A stretch of DNA of 64,000 nucleotides. It comes from a virus. The position numbers and the translations under genes are program-made. The stretch lies in the IMG/VR virus record IMGVR_UViG_3300027747_004417. One strand, written 5' to 3'. Below, piece by piece: positions 37,358 to 46,451 of the stretch. Below the pieces are notes generated by a model that was not told the origin of the DNA, did no database searches, and worked only from the letters and a program-made list of their open reading frames with translations. The number at the start of each line of letters is the position of its first letter. Within the stretch, counting starts at the first letter, position 1.

Positions 37358-38311
37358 ATGAGCTTATCTTTTGGCACCGACCCAGAGTTTATGATTGTTG
37401 ACGAGAAGAAGAACCTAAAGAGTGCCATAAACTTACTGCCCAAAAAGGCTAATGCAAAACCTTATTACGGTAGTTCAATGTACTATGACAACGTTCTAGC
37501 AGAGATAGCAATAAAACCATCCTTAACAAAAGATGAGTTTTTAAAGAACATTAAAGTTTCATTGAATAGACTAGCAAAGATAATTCACCCTTTAAAGTTT
37601 GAAATTTGTGCCGCAGACTCTTACCCGAATAAAGAGCTACTTCATCAAGACGCAAGAATCGTGGGCTGCAATCCCGAGTGGAATGTGTACTCGCTTCAAT
37701 GCATCATGCCACCAGAAGACGTTATTGTAAAAACAAATTTTAGAACTGCTGGTGGTCATATTCATGTTGGTTCCAAGAACCTCCAAGATCCGATTAGTGT
37801 TTTTAGCTTTATAAGAATGATGGACCTTTTTCTGGCTGTTCCTTGCTTGTTTCTCGACAAAGATCCAACTTCAAAGGAAAGAAGAAGAATTTACGGTCAC
37901 GCGGGTTCACATAGACTTACCGATTATGGTCTAGAATACAGGTCTCTAAGTAACTTTTGGCTCTGCTCACCAGAATACGCTGGACTCATTTATGACCTCA
38001 CCATGTTTGTTTATTCATTTGTTAATTTAGGTGAGCACGAGAAGTTTTGGTCTGTTGATGAGACTCTTTTAGATGGAGATGATCCAACAATGGCCTACGA
38101 CTGCTTTGGTTACGATAGCCTATTACTAGAGAAGGCAATTAATGAGTGTGACTTAAACTTAGGAAAGAAGTTCATGACTTTTATAAGTCATTATCTTCCT
38201 GATGATATTCTTGCTTCGATAGAAAGCAAATCGAATTGCACCAAGCTTCCCGACCCTTATGCTTCTTGGGGCATTAGTAGTTTTCTACCCAAGAAAACCA
38301 GGTCCAAGTAG
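37358..38311 (+). CDS. phiEco32-like COOH-NH2 ligase type 2
   Basis: FGTDPEF, DNVLAE, GCNPEWN, RTAGGHIHVG, RRIYG.AG..R...YGLEYRSLSNFW. Confidence 0.9.
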   Translation: MSLSFGTDPEFMIVDEKKNLKSAINLLPKKANAKPYYGSSMYYDNVLAEIAIKPSLTKDEFLKNIKVSLNRLAKIIHPLKFEICAADSYPNKELLHQDARIVGCNPEWNVYSLQCIMPPEDVIVKTNFRTAGGHIHVGSKNLQDPISVFSFIRMMDLFLAVPCLFLDKDPTSKERRRIYGHAGSHRLTDYGLEYRSLSNFWLCSPEYAGLIYDLTMFVYSFVNLGEHEKFWSVDETLLDGDDPTMAYDCFGYDSLLLEKAINECDLNLGKKFMTFISHYLPDDILASIESKSNCTKLPDPYASWGISSFLPKKTRSK

Positions 38312-39004
38312 CTTTCTTAGCATCCTTCTTTCTTCCTTAACGTCTATTTCTTCGTGCTTTTTCCGGCAGGAAATGCATTTCCATTTTAACCCGTGTCTAG
38401 AAAAAACCTTTACTTCCAAGGCTAGTCTGGTACGGTGTACGCAAAAAGACTGTGCACAATCTGCACAGGTCGTGCTTATCTTGTCCTTACTTTTTATTTC
38501 AATCTTTTTTTGCTGGAAGTAAAGTGCTTTAATTCCATTGGGACAAGGTGGCGGCGGCCAAACATCATTGATAAACCTATATTTGACACCTTTCTCTTTG
38601 TGGTTTGAAGGGGGAGCCATAGTGAATGTTCTGTTTCCGAACACCTCTATTTTTTGTCCCTTTTTTCCATAAAGGTTTACTTTAGTTATCTGTTTGTAAG
38701 GAGTTAAAAATATATTGTGATAAGACCTATGGCTTTTATAGATGGGTCTTTCTATGTCTCCAATAAGCCTGTTAAGGAATTTATTGGACTCTTCGCTGTC
38801 GGTTTCTACATCTATCATCCCATTGTTCCAAAGTAATCCTATTTCGTAATGTTCATCACTTAAAAAATATTTTCTCCAATGTTTTGCACACCAATTCTTG
38901 TTCCATCCTTTTTCTACTGGCTGCTTTGTGCCCGGTAGCACCGCTATGGGCATCAGCTTTTTGCATACATAATGGTCAAAAAACTCTAGGTATTCATGGT
39001 TCAT
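38285..39004 (-). CDS. Bifunctional primase-polymerase (Prim-Pol) N-terminal domain with C-terminal Zn finger
   Basis: PIAVLPGTKQP, IDVE, MAPPSNH, CADC...CISC. Confidence 0.7.
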   Translation of the reverse strand: MNHEYLEFFDHYVCKKLMPIAVLPGTKQPVEKGWNKNWCAKHWRKYFLSDEHYEIGLLWNNGMIDVETDSEESNKFLNRLIGDIERPIYKSHRSYHNIFLTPYKQITKVNLYGKKGQKIEVFGNRTFTMAPPSNHKEKGVKYRFINDVWPPPPCPNGIKALYFQQKKIEIKSKDKISTTCADCAQSFCVHRTRLALEVKVFSRHGLKWKCISCRKKHEEIDVKEERRMLRKLLGPGFLG

Positions 39005-39177
39005 GAATGCAGAGACTCCCTAATGTAGGATTTCAAAGCGTCTACTATTTCATATAGTTCTAACGATAAAACAGTTTTATCATTTTTATGTGCCCACTCT
39101 ACGACTTTTAAAATATTTTTTTCTTTTGATTTTGTAAGCCAAAAGTTTTTCATATTTGCTAACTCGGTGTCTTCCAT
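39001..39177 (-). CDS. Small hypothetical protein (about 58 aa)
   Basis: Hand translation MEDTELANMKNFWLTK...IRESLHS*; ATGA overlap with Prim-Pol gene. Confidence 0.55.
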   Translation of the reverse strand: MEDTELANMKNFWLTKSKEKNILKVVEWAHKNDKTVLSLELYEIVDALKSYIRESLHS

Positions 39178-39201
39178 TTATAATACTCCTAGAGGTGACA
39201 T

Positions 39202-40098
39202 ATGAGCAAAAAAGTTTTCGTGACGGGGGCCACAGGATTCATTGGACATCACTTGTGCAACAAGTTGTATGAGGAGGGTTATAGAGTATTTGCCTCAGGA
39301 AGAAAAGACGAGAACAAGATAAAATGTCATGAATTTCATACATGCAGTTTAAGAAACATTCCTTGGGATGACCTGCCTAAGATCGATATTTGCTTTCATT
39401 TAGCTGCTAATAACGATGTAAGGAGCAAAAAGGAGTTCGATATTATGGACATTAATTATCATACCTCGATTAACGTGTTTAAGAACTTGTCTGAAAGAGG
39501 ATGTTCAAGGTTTGTATACTCTTCCTGCTGCTTCGTCTATGGTGATCAACCTGGTTCTTTAAATGAGGATGCCACTCCTTTAAACGGCTCAGGTTATTAT
39601 TCTAAATCAAAAATATCATTTGAGAAATTTGTCAAAGATTTTTCTTTTAGAACAAAGTCCGTTTGCGTAGGCCTCAGATACGCTAGTGTTTATGGCACTC
39701 ATGAGCTACACAAGAAATCCTTCGCCAGTGCAATTAGTCAAATTGTACAGAAGATTCAAAAAAATGAAAGGCCTAAAATCTTTGGAGACAGCAACCAGGA
39801 AAAAGATTGGGTCTACATCAATGACGTTATAGATGCCAATATTTTGGCTTCAAAGTATGATTACACTGATATATTCAATATAGCTTCTGGTAACAAGGTA
39901 AGCTTGAATAAAGTTGTTTCTATAGTGAATAAAAGATTCAATAAGAATATTATTCCTGAATATCTAGATAATAAATTCAATGAACCCACCCAAAATAGTT
40001 CTTCCATAAGTATGGAAAAATCTCGGAGTAAATTGAGGTATTCCCCTAATTATACTGTTGAAGATGGAGTTCAAGATATGAAAATGAAGCTTACTTAG
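39202..40098 (+). CDS. NAD-dependent nucleotide-sugar epimerase/dehydratase (HldD/GalE-like)
   Basis: VTGATGFIG, HLAA, YSKSK (YxxxK), LRYASVYG, DWVYINDV. Confidence 0.9.
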   Translation: MSKKVFVTGATGFIGHHLCNKLYEEGYRVFASGRKDENKIKCHEFHTCSLRNIPWDDLPKIDICFHLAANNDVRSKKEFDIMDINYHTSINVFKNLSERGCSRFVYSSCCFVYGDQPGSLNEDATPLNGSGYYSKSKISFEKFVKDFSFRTKSVCVGLRYASVYGTHELHKKSFASAISQIVQKIQKNERPKIFGDSNQEKDWVYINDVIDANILASKYDYTDIFNIASGNKVSLNKVVSIVNKRFNKNIIPEYLDNKFNEPTQNSSSISMEKSRSKLRYSPNYTVEDGVQDMKMKLT

Positions 40099-41255
40099 TT
40101 CTTGTCTGTTAGCTTCTTTCTTTTTCCTACCTTGGCGGCTTTTCTTTCTGCGTTTAAAGGTTTACCAACTGAGTCCATGTCGTAGTGGCTGCTTGAAAAG
40201 CTGCCCTTATCCTTAAGCTGTTCACCGGTTGGTACCTTTTTCATTACTACCACAACCCATCCTTTGTCCCTCTTTACAGCTTTGCCTCCATGATCTTCTG
40301 TTGCTGCGTTAGCTTGTGCTAAGTCTGAAAAGACTCTTTCTTTGCCGTCCTTACCCTTTAGAACATACTTATCGCCATCATCACGCCAGTTTTGTGGTTT
40401 GAACCACGCAGCCTCTTTTAGGTCCATCCCGAAGCTAGTTGCTATCTTTCCTGATGGAGCGAATCCTACTTCGCCTGGGGCTGGCTCTCTAACTGCTACA
40501 GTAAGATTGTCTACATCTACTGGAGTAAAATGTTGGCTTTGAAAAATTCCTCCAAATCCGTCATCAAATTTTTGTGCTGGATCGGAGATCATGCCATTTA
40601 CAGAGTTCCACCATTCGGTTTCTTCTTTTTTCATCTTCTTCTTTTTTCTAAGCATTTCGAAATCTTCAGCGTCTAGCTTGCCGTTTTTGTTTAAGTCTAG
40701 CTTTTTTTGTGCACCTTTAAGCATTTTCTTTTTTGATTTCTTGCTGAACTTCATTTCTGCTTCTGCTTCGGCGTCGTTTTCGTCTTCTTCGGTGTCTTCT
40801 TCTGAGTCATCCTCGTCAGCTTCTTCTTCTTCTTCTTCTTCTTCTTCTTCTGAATCGTCGCCTTCTTCATCAGCGTCTTCTTCTGTTTCTTCTTCTGAAT
40901 CGTCACCTTCTTCTTCTTCTTCTTCCTCTTCAGAATCTTCTTCTGTCTCTTCTTCGTCTTCGTAGTTGTCGTCCTCATCTGACCACATCTTTTTCTTGGA
41001 CATCTTGCCACACATTTTGCCGCAATTTTTACCGCACATTTTGCCGCAAGTCTTTTTGCCGTCTTTATCTTCTTCTTTTACTTCTACCTCAACCTTTGGA
41101 TGCTTTTTTCCTTTTTTTGCTTCCGCTAGTTCGTTTTCTTCTATATCGAATCCGTTTTGCATTACCATTCCAATTTTAGAAGGATTTGCGAGTCCTAGAT
41201 TGAAGCTAGGAAGTATTGATTCATTGAGGTTTTTCCATTGTTTATAAGACAGCAT
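40095..41255 (-). CDS. Highly acidic protein, probable prohead core/internal protein
   Basis: MLSYKQWKNLNES; (CGKM)x4; long E/D tract; EF-hand-like DLNKNGKLDAEDF. Confidence 0.65.
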   Translation of the reverse strand: MLSYKQWKNLNESILPSFNLGLANPSKIGMVMQNGFDIEENELAEAKKGKKHPKVEVEVKEEDKDGKKTCGKMCGKNCGKMCGKMSKKKMWSDEDDNYEDEEETEEDSEEEEEEEEGDDSEEETEEDADEEGDDSEEEEEEEEEEADEDDSEEDTEEDENDAEAEAEMKFSKKSKKKMLKGAQKKLDLNKNGKLDAEDFEMLRKKKKMKKEETEWWNSVNGMISDPAQKFDDGFGGIFQSQHFTPVDVDNLTVAVREPAPGEVGFAPSGKIATSFGMDLKEAAWFKPQNWRDDGDKYVLKGKDGKERVFSDLAQANAATEDHGGKAVKRDKGWVVVVMKKVPTGEQLKDKGSFSSSHYDMDSVGKPLNAERKAAKVGKRKKLTDKN

Positions 41256-41299
41256 TTTATCTTCTCCTAAGAGTTAACCGTTTAAACTATATATTTAGT

Positions 41300-42109
41300 A
41301 TGAACAAATTTTTGAAAACTTTATTTTTAACATTTTCTTTTTTACTTGTACTTACTTTTTTCTTTAAGCTAGGCCCTAAGGCACAAAAACACTCTTTAGA
41401 TCTTAAATCCTTAGAAAAATGTGAGGATTCCGATAACGCAGTGATATTAGAGGCGGTAAAGGAGCGGCTTTCCTCCATCAAATCCTTAGCAGCAACTGAT
41501 ATAAGAATTAGCATTGGAAGGCTTAAAGTAAAGGGATATCTGTATTATGAAGAAAATAATTTAAGGCTGATAATAAACAGCTTTTTAGGCAAGGAAATGG
41601 ATATAGGTTCAAATGATAAGTTTTTTTGGTTTTGGTCCAGAAGAATGAAACCACAAGCTATTTATTACTGCCCTCATGATCACGTTTACAATACCAATTT
41701 AAGACCGATATTCAATAGAGACTGGATTATGGACTGTTTTGTGCTCAGCAGGTGCCAAGAGTATGATGGTAAATCTTCTTTTTTTAAGAAAGGAAAGCTG
41801 CTATTTAAGAACCAGCTTAAAAAAGTTTCTGAAGATGAATCAGTTTATCTTGTTACCGTCATAGACACTGTAGGTCTTAATATTGTAGAAAAGTACATAT
41901 GTGACTTAGATTATTGCGTGTTGGCCTGTGTCGAATATTCAAATTTTGGTTCCGATCACATCCCAAGATCTATTAAGGTAGATTGGTACGAAGAAAATGT
42001 TTACATGAATTGGGAAATATCTAACTTAAAAATAAACTTCCAAATTGATGAATCTGTTTGGGAGATTCCTAATCACGGTCCAATGGTTGATATGACCAAA
42101 AGAAATTAG
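41300..42109 (+). CDS. Signal-anchored hypothetical protein
   Basis: Hydrophobic N-terminus; EMDIGSNDKFFWFW..R..P..IYYC.H motif. Confidence 0.7.
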   Translation: MNKFLKTLFLTFSFLLVLTFFFKLGPKAQKHSLDLKSLEKCEDSDNAVILEAVKERLSSIKSLAATDIRISIGRLKVKGYLYYEENNLRLIINSFLGKEMDIGSNDKFFWFWSRRMKPQAIYYCPHDHVYNTNLRPIFNRDWIMDCFVLSRCQEYDGKSSFFKKGKLLFKNQLKKVSEDESVYLVTVIDTVGLNIVEKYICDLDYCVLACVEYSNFGSDHIPRSIKVDWYEENVYMNWEISNLKINFQIDESVWEIPNHGPMVDMTKRN

Positions 42110-42297
42110 TGCTTAAAGCCAGAGTTTAAATCTTTAATTATTTTACTACCATTCTTTTCAAAAATGTTTGGTAGAAAGGCGTGAACGACTAGACACACAC
42201 CAGCGACAAAACACTGGAGGCCACATTTTAGTGCAAAGGCCATATGGCTTCCGTAGCTTGTCTTATTTTCTTCAATATGTTTAAACCAAGGTTTCAT
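42106..42297 (-). CDS. DUF6356-like small membrane protein
   Basis: HIEE..TSYGSHM.FAL...........HAFLP.IF. Confidence 0.65.
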   Translation of the reverse strand: MKPWFKHIEENKTSYGSHMAFALKCGLQCFVAGVCLVVHAFLPNIFEKNGSKIIKDLNSGFKH

Positions 42298-42545
42298 CTT
42301 TTGCCAAGCTTTTTTAGAATTTCGTTCCTTCTTATTGCTTGTACTCTTCTTTTTTCTGCGCTCATTCCGCCCTGATTCAAGCCGTTGGCATCCGCCGTGG
42401 TTGCTTGTGCTTTCAACGGACTACTCTGCATGGCTCTTACATTGTTTGCTCTAATAGCATTAGCATTGTTAACAGGCTGTCTAGGTGTGCTAACCCTTAT
42501 AGCTTGACTTCTTCTCTGTGCCGCTTTTCTACATCCGCAACCCAT
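42294..42545 (-). CDS. Small basic GCGC-motif protein
   Basis: MGCGCRK; GGAGG SD. Confidence 0.75.
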   Translation of the reverse strand: MGCGCRKAAQRRSQAIRVSTPRQPVNNANAIRANNVRAMQSSPLKAQATTADANGLNQGGMSAEKRRVQAIRRNEILKKLGKR

Positions 42546-42554
42546 TTTCCTCCT

Positions 42555-42698
42555 TTAATTGAATATGCTGGTTTTGGTTTTATAAACTTTATTTAAAGGT
42601 TTTGATGATATTGGTGCTTGTGCAAACTTCTGTTTTGCAGTAACTGTTCTGTTTGATCCACACCCACATCCCTTTTCACTCAAATTATTCACCTTCAT
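42555..42698 (-). CDS. Second small GCGC-motif peptide (47 aa)
   Basis: Hand translation MKVNNLSEKGCGCGSNRTVTAKQKFAQAPISSKPLNKVYKTKTSIFN. Confidence 0.6.
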   Translation of the reverse strand: MKVNNLSEKGCGCGSNRTVTAKQKFAQAPISSKPLNKVYKTKTSIFN

Positions 42699-42714
42699 AT
42701 TATTTATTTAGAGA

Positions 42715-43506
42715 TTGATACATAATTTTATGTTCCTCCTAATAATGTTAATAACTTTGTTCTTTCTTCAAGGTGCTGCTTTCGCACAGCATAATGGCAT
42801 AGAACTTGTTAACGTGGAAGTCAGAAACAATGAAATAGAGCCAGTGGATAGCTTCTCTGATATACTTAGGTATTGTCCCGATTCATTTGGAGGCGGTCAC
42901 TCTAGAACAACACAGGCACATGAGAACGTCCATGCTATAAATTCTTCTGTTAGAAATCATATTTTTTCTATTGGAAGGAAGAGGGCAAATGCCTTTTATT
43001 GCGGAAAGGGCAAGGCCATAATTATTGAAAACCCTTCTTTTCGGTTAAGGCATGTATCAAACTTTTTGCCTAAAATCTTAAGAGGTAACAGGTATAATTT
43101 GTATCTTGTGGAACAGCTAAAGCACTGGGATGATACTCCTACGTATCTTATAAACGAGTGGTCTGCTTACTTAGCAGGAGCAGAGACAGGAGTCGAAGAC
43201 TTTAAAAACGGATTGCCAAAAGAAAAGTCAGATATAGTATGTGGTTCTTTAGAGTTTAGTATTTATTGTGTCGCCCTTTGTATGGCGACCAAAGAGTACG
43301 ATCAGGACTACTGGGAATCAGACAAAAGGCTTAAACACTCAGTTAATTACTTCTTGATAAGAACAGAAAAGGTTTACTTTTCTGGTTGTAATGATTTTAA
43401 GTCCGATAGTCAAATTGAATTATTGAAGAACCTGCGGTTCCACGAAGATGCCAGCGAGATGCGAGACTTTTTTATCAAAGAGTTTAACGGAATATTCTTA
43501 AACTAA
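42715..43506 (+). CDS. Secreted HExxH metallopeptidase-like protein
   Basis: Signal peptide ending AFA-Q; QAHENVH; later INEWSAY. Confidence 0.55.
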   Translation: MIHNFMFLLIMLITLFFLQGAAFAQHNGIELVNVEVRNNEIEPVDSFSDILRYCPDSFGGGHSRTTQAHENVHAINSSVRNHIFSIGRKRANAFYCGKGKAIIIENPSFRLRHVSNFLPKILRGNRYNLYLVEQLKHWDDTPTYLINEWSAYLAGAETGVEDFKNGLPKEKSDIVCGSLEFSIYCVALCMATKEYDQDYWESDKRLKHSVNYFLIRTEKVYFSGCNDFKSDSQIELLKNLRFHEDASEMRDFFIKEFNGIFLN

Positions 43507-44091
43507 GAAGCTAAAAGGGCACCACATCACATCTGTAACTTTAGCTAAATAGAGGCCATAATTCACCCAGTTGTTACAGTTGGTTATACAGTTGTATCTT
43601 AACCTTGACCTGTAGTAGTCTCCTTTTTGATAATAACTTGGTTTTTTCTTTATAGGTTCCCCATAAAAAGAGTCTTTTATGTAAACGTTTATTATCTGAA
43701 TTTGTTTTTCATTTAACTCAATTTTTTTACTGCCTACCGGCAGCTCGTCTAAGTAGTCTACTCTTAACGCTGTTTCGTTTATTCCGAATAACGCACCTAA
43801 GAAATGTATTATTTTAAGATCTGACCATCTTTTTGTTTCTAGAAATATCTTTTTATCTCCCCACCCAACTTTTACAAATTTCTTATCTGTTTGGAATAGA
43901 TCTTTAATCTGTTCTGATTTGAAAACATAGTCGGAGTGAATTAGATCAGAGACAACATAGATCTCCTGCCCAGTACCAGGATTTTTTTCTCCTGTAATGA
44001 ATATACTCGTTGCAACGTACAGTAGAAAGTACACCGCGAGTAGAGGAGTCAGGTATAGAAACAGTATAATATAAAATATTGTCATTTTCAA
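43498..44091 (-). CDS. DUF2459 / TIGR02117-like membrane-anchored protein
   Basis: IHSDYV, VGWGDK.IFLET..WSDL, Y..ITNCNNW, W.PF. Confidence 0.7.
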   Translation of the reverse strand: MKMTIFYIILFLYLTPLLAVYFLLYVATSIFITGEKNPGTGQEIYVVSDLIHSDYVFKSEQIKDLFQTDKKFVKVGWGDKKIFLETKRWSDLKIIHFLGALFGINETALRVDYLDELPVGSKKIELNEKQIQIINVYIKDSFYGEPIKKKPSYYQKGDYYRSRLRYNCITNCNNWVNYGLYLAKVTDVMWCPFSFLV

Positions 44092-44132
44092 AATTATTTA
44101 TTGATACTATCTTAAATTAAGAAGGAGAACAA

Positions 44133-44408
44133 ATGAATAACGATATTTTGGAAAAAAACGTAGCTTATCAAAACGACGTAAATGAAATAGCAAAAATGAT
44201 ATTTCATTCTTTTTACTTCGAAGAGGAACAGAGTTTAACCTACCCTCCGGGATCGAATCAGTATGAGAAGGACAACTTAGACGAAATATACCCAAAGGCC
44301 GAGAAAGTCTATAGGTTTTTTTCAAGTGTAACAGAGGCAAAAAAGGCTCTTAAGTTCCTTCATGAGATAAACCCTATTAAGGGTTTAGAAATAATGAATT
44401 CACTGTGA
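44133..44408 (+). CDS. Hypothetical protein
   Basis: AAGGAG SD. Confidence 0.65.
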   Translation: MNNDILEKNVAYQNDVNEIAKMIFHSFYFEEEQSLTYPPGSNQYEKDNLDEIYPKAEKVYRFFSSVTEAKKALKFLHEINPIKGLEIMNSL

Positions 44409-44615
44409 TTTTTCGTAATTTAGCTCAATATCACTAAACCCCAAGGACTTTGCAAGGTTCCTTGCGGCACCACTTACGGAAGCCTTAGTTGGGAAGTTGG
44501 TCTTTCCATCTATTTTTCTAGCTAATTTCGTTGGCCGAAGACCAGTTATGCTAACTGTTCCTTCGAATCCACCTTCTTTTGAGCTCGTTATTTTTACTGA
44601 TAGTGTGTTTCTCAT
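44400..44615 (-). CDS. Hypothetical protein
   Basis: ORF track. Confidence 0.6.
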   Translation of the reverse strand: MRNTLSVKITSSKEGGFEGTVSITGLRPTKLARKIDGKTNFPTKASVSGAARNLAKSLGFSDIELNYEKSQ

Positions 44616-44633
44616 GTATATTACTGTAGTAAT

Positions 44634-45266
44634 TTAATCGTAGTTCTTAAAACTAATTTCTTCTTTGAATCCACCTATCCTTGGAGATAGGATTCTTTTG
44701 TTTTTTGGCCTGTATCTTTTTTTGCTAAATAGCTCTATTGCGTCTAAGTATTTTTTCTTTAAAGCATCCTCTTCAGATTTAGATAATATATTGCGTATTT
44801 TTAATGAGTCTATTATTGAAATTGTTGTCTTATAAACTTCTTCTATATTAATTCTTTTTCTTGTTTCTCCAATTCTTGCAAAGTTTATAAACCAACTCAT
44901 ACTTTCTTCATCATAATAAAAAACTGGATTTTTGAGCCCCACCTCTTTATGCTTTATGGCTAGGTCTTTAATTTCACTTACCCACATATTTTTAACGCTC
45001 AAATAGTTTTGTGAGTAATAATAGTTTAAAATACTCTTAAAGCTAAGTATCAGCACATCTCTATTTGATCTTGTATTGAATCCGTTTCGAATGCAAAAAC
45101 CGCAAAACAGTTCCTTAAAATTGGATATTTTATGCAGATTCATAAACGAAGAAGAATCCAATTTAAGTTGTTTTTGGCAAAAATAACATTTAGAGACTAT
45201 TGTATTAGAAAGCATCCCGTTTGGGTCATTTTCTAGTTTTTTTATGTTGATTTTGAAAGTCTTCAT
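44634..45266 (-). CDS. Hypothetical protein with Zn-binding motif
   Basis: CYFC ... CGFC. Confidence 0.65.
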   Translation of the reverse strand: MKTFKINIKKLENDPNGMLSNTIVSKCYFCQKQLKLDSSSFMNLHKISNFKELFCGFCIRNGFNTRSNRDVLILSFKSILNYYYSQNYLSVKNMWVSEIKDLAIKHKEVGLKNPVFYYDEESMSWFINFARIGETRKRINIEEVYKTTISIIDSLKIRNILSKSEEDALKKKYLDAIELFSKKRYRPKNKRILSPRIGGFKEEISFKNYD

Positions 45267-45327
45267 AATTTTTTAAGGCCGAACACTACATATATTAAAT
45301 TAGGACCAGATTTTTAAGGAACAAAGT

Positions 45328-45534
45328 ATGAAAACATTTTTAGATTGGGCTGGCGAAGAAAAGAAAGAACTGCCAATTTACAAGATAGAAGAAAAGACCC
45401 ATCGTGCTGGAATCGCAAGCTGGGCCTATCCTGACGCATACGCACGTCAGCAATATCCTGATGCCTACTTCCTGCCAATAGCAGCAGACGCAATGCAGAA
45501 GATGGGCGATCACAAACCAAGTCGTAAAGCTTAA
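45328..45534 (+). CDS. Small protein with capsid-targeting-like N-terminus
   Basis: MKTFLDWAGEE; AAGGA SD. Confidence 0.7.
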   Translation: MKTFLDWAGEEKKELPIYKIEEKTHRAGIASWAYPDAYARQQYPDAYFLPIAADAMQKMGDHKPSRKA

Positions 45535-45580
45535 GCATTGTTCCTGATAAGAATAAAAGCAAGGGTTTTTGCCCTTGCTT

Positions 45581-45907
45581 TTATTTTTTCATTTTTTCTA
45601 TTCTATTTTTTTGGTCTTCTTCTGTTATGGATAGTTTTTTCTTTGGCAGCATTTCAGGAACCCTCTCCCAGTATGCCCACTGATCTTCGTTGTTTGGGTT
45701 TTGAAAGACCATTCCTTTTCTCCAATATTTTTGTAGAATTTCTTCTACCCTCTCTTTTGTTAGTTTTGATTCTTTCGCAATTTGGGCGACTGATCTAAAA
45801 GACCATTTCGAGTTTCGAGCCAAGCAAATAAAAACTCCTTGTTCTTCATCGCCTTCTTTGGTACCTTGAGGATATAAGTCTACCCACTTTGGAGGTTTGT
45901 CTTTCAT
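45581..45907 (-). CDS. Winged-helix-like hypothetical protein
   Basis: FRSVAQIAKESKLTKERVEEILQKY; AAGGAG SD. Confidence 0.6.
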   Translation of the reverse strand: MKDKPPKWVDLYPQGTKEGDEEQGVFICLARNSKWSFRSVAQIAKESKLTKERVEEILQKYWRKGMVFQNPNNEDQWAYWERVPEMLPKKKLSITEEDQKNRIEKMKK

Positions 45908-45971
45908 TCTTTCTCCTTTTTTGTTTCTTATACTATATTATTATAGTTCGAGTCCAAATTTTGGGAATATC

Positions 45972-46436
45972 ATGAAAAGAATCAAACTAACAAGACAAGA
46001 AAAAAGAAATCTCCAACATGAAAAGCTTAAGAACAGTCTTAACGGAACAGGAAGGTTTGTTTTCGAAAACAACACAGACGGAGATCTGAATTTGCCCAAG
46101 GCAACAGACAACGGACTAAGAAACATTGGCCCGAGAAAAAGATTCGAAGGCGATAGCTATTATATGAATTGGGTAGGCCCCCCAATGAACCTCTTGAGAT
46201 TAATTGAAGAAGTTGTACCACAAAGACCAGAAAAGGAGATCACAGTGACAGAAGAAAAGAAACTAATACTAGACCAGCCAGATACAGTAAATAACCAAGG
46301 TAAGATAGAACACGTTGTCACCGACGATGTTGTTCCACAGCAAAGCTTGAACGACAGCACAGATTCAAACCAAAAGAAGCCAGATGTTCTTTTAAACGAA
46401 TCTCCTGTTGATGGCGTAGAAATCATACTAGGCTGA
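45972..46436 (+). CDS. Hypothetical protein
   Basis: Start reassigned to MKRIKL. Confidence 0.65.
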   Translation: MKRIKLTRQEKRNLQHEKLKNSLNGTGRFVFENNTDGDLNLPKATDNGLRNIGPRKRFEGDSYYMNWVGPPMNLLRLIEEVVPQRPEKEITVTEEKKLILDQPDTVNNQGKIEHVVTDDVVPQQSLNDSTDSNQKKPDVLLNESPVDGVEIILG

Positions 46437-46451
46437 ACTTAAAGGTTTAAG

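Noticed and set aside
40591-41011. Poly-Ser and poly-Lys ORFs
   Set aside because: Antisense and off-frame readings of the Glu/Asp tract of 40095-41255.
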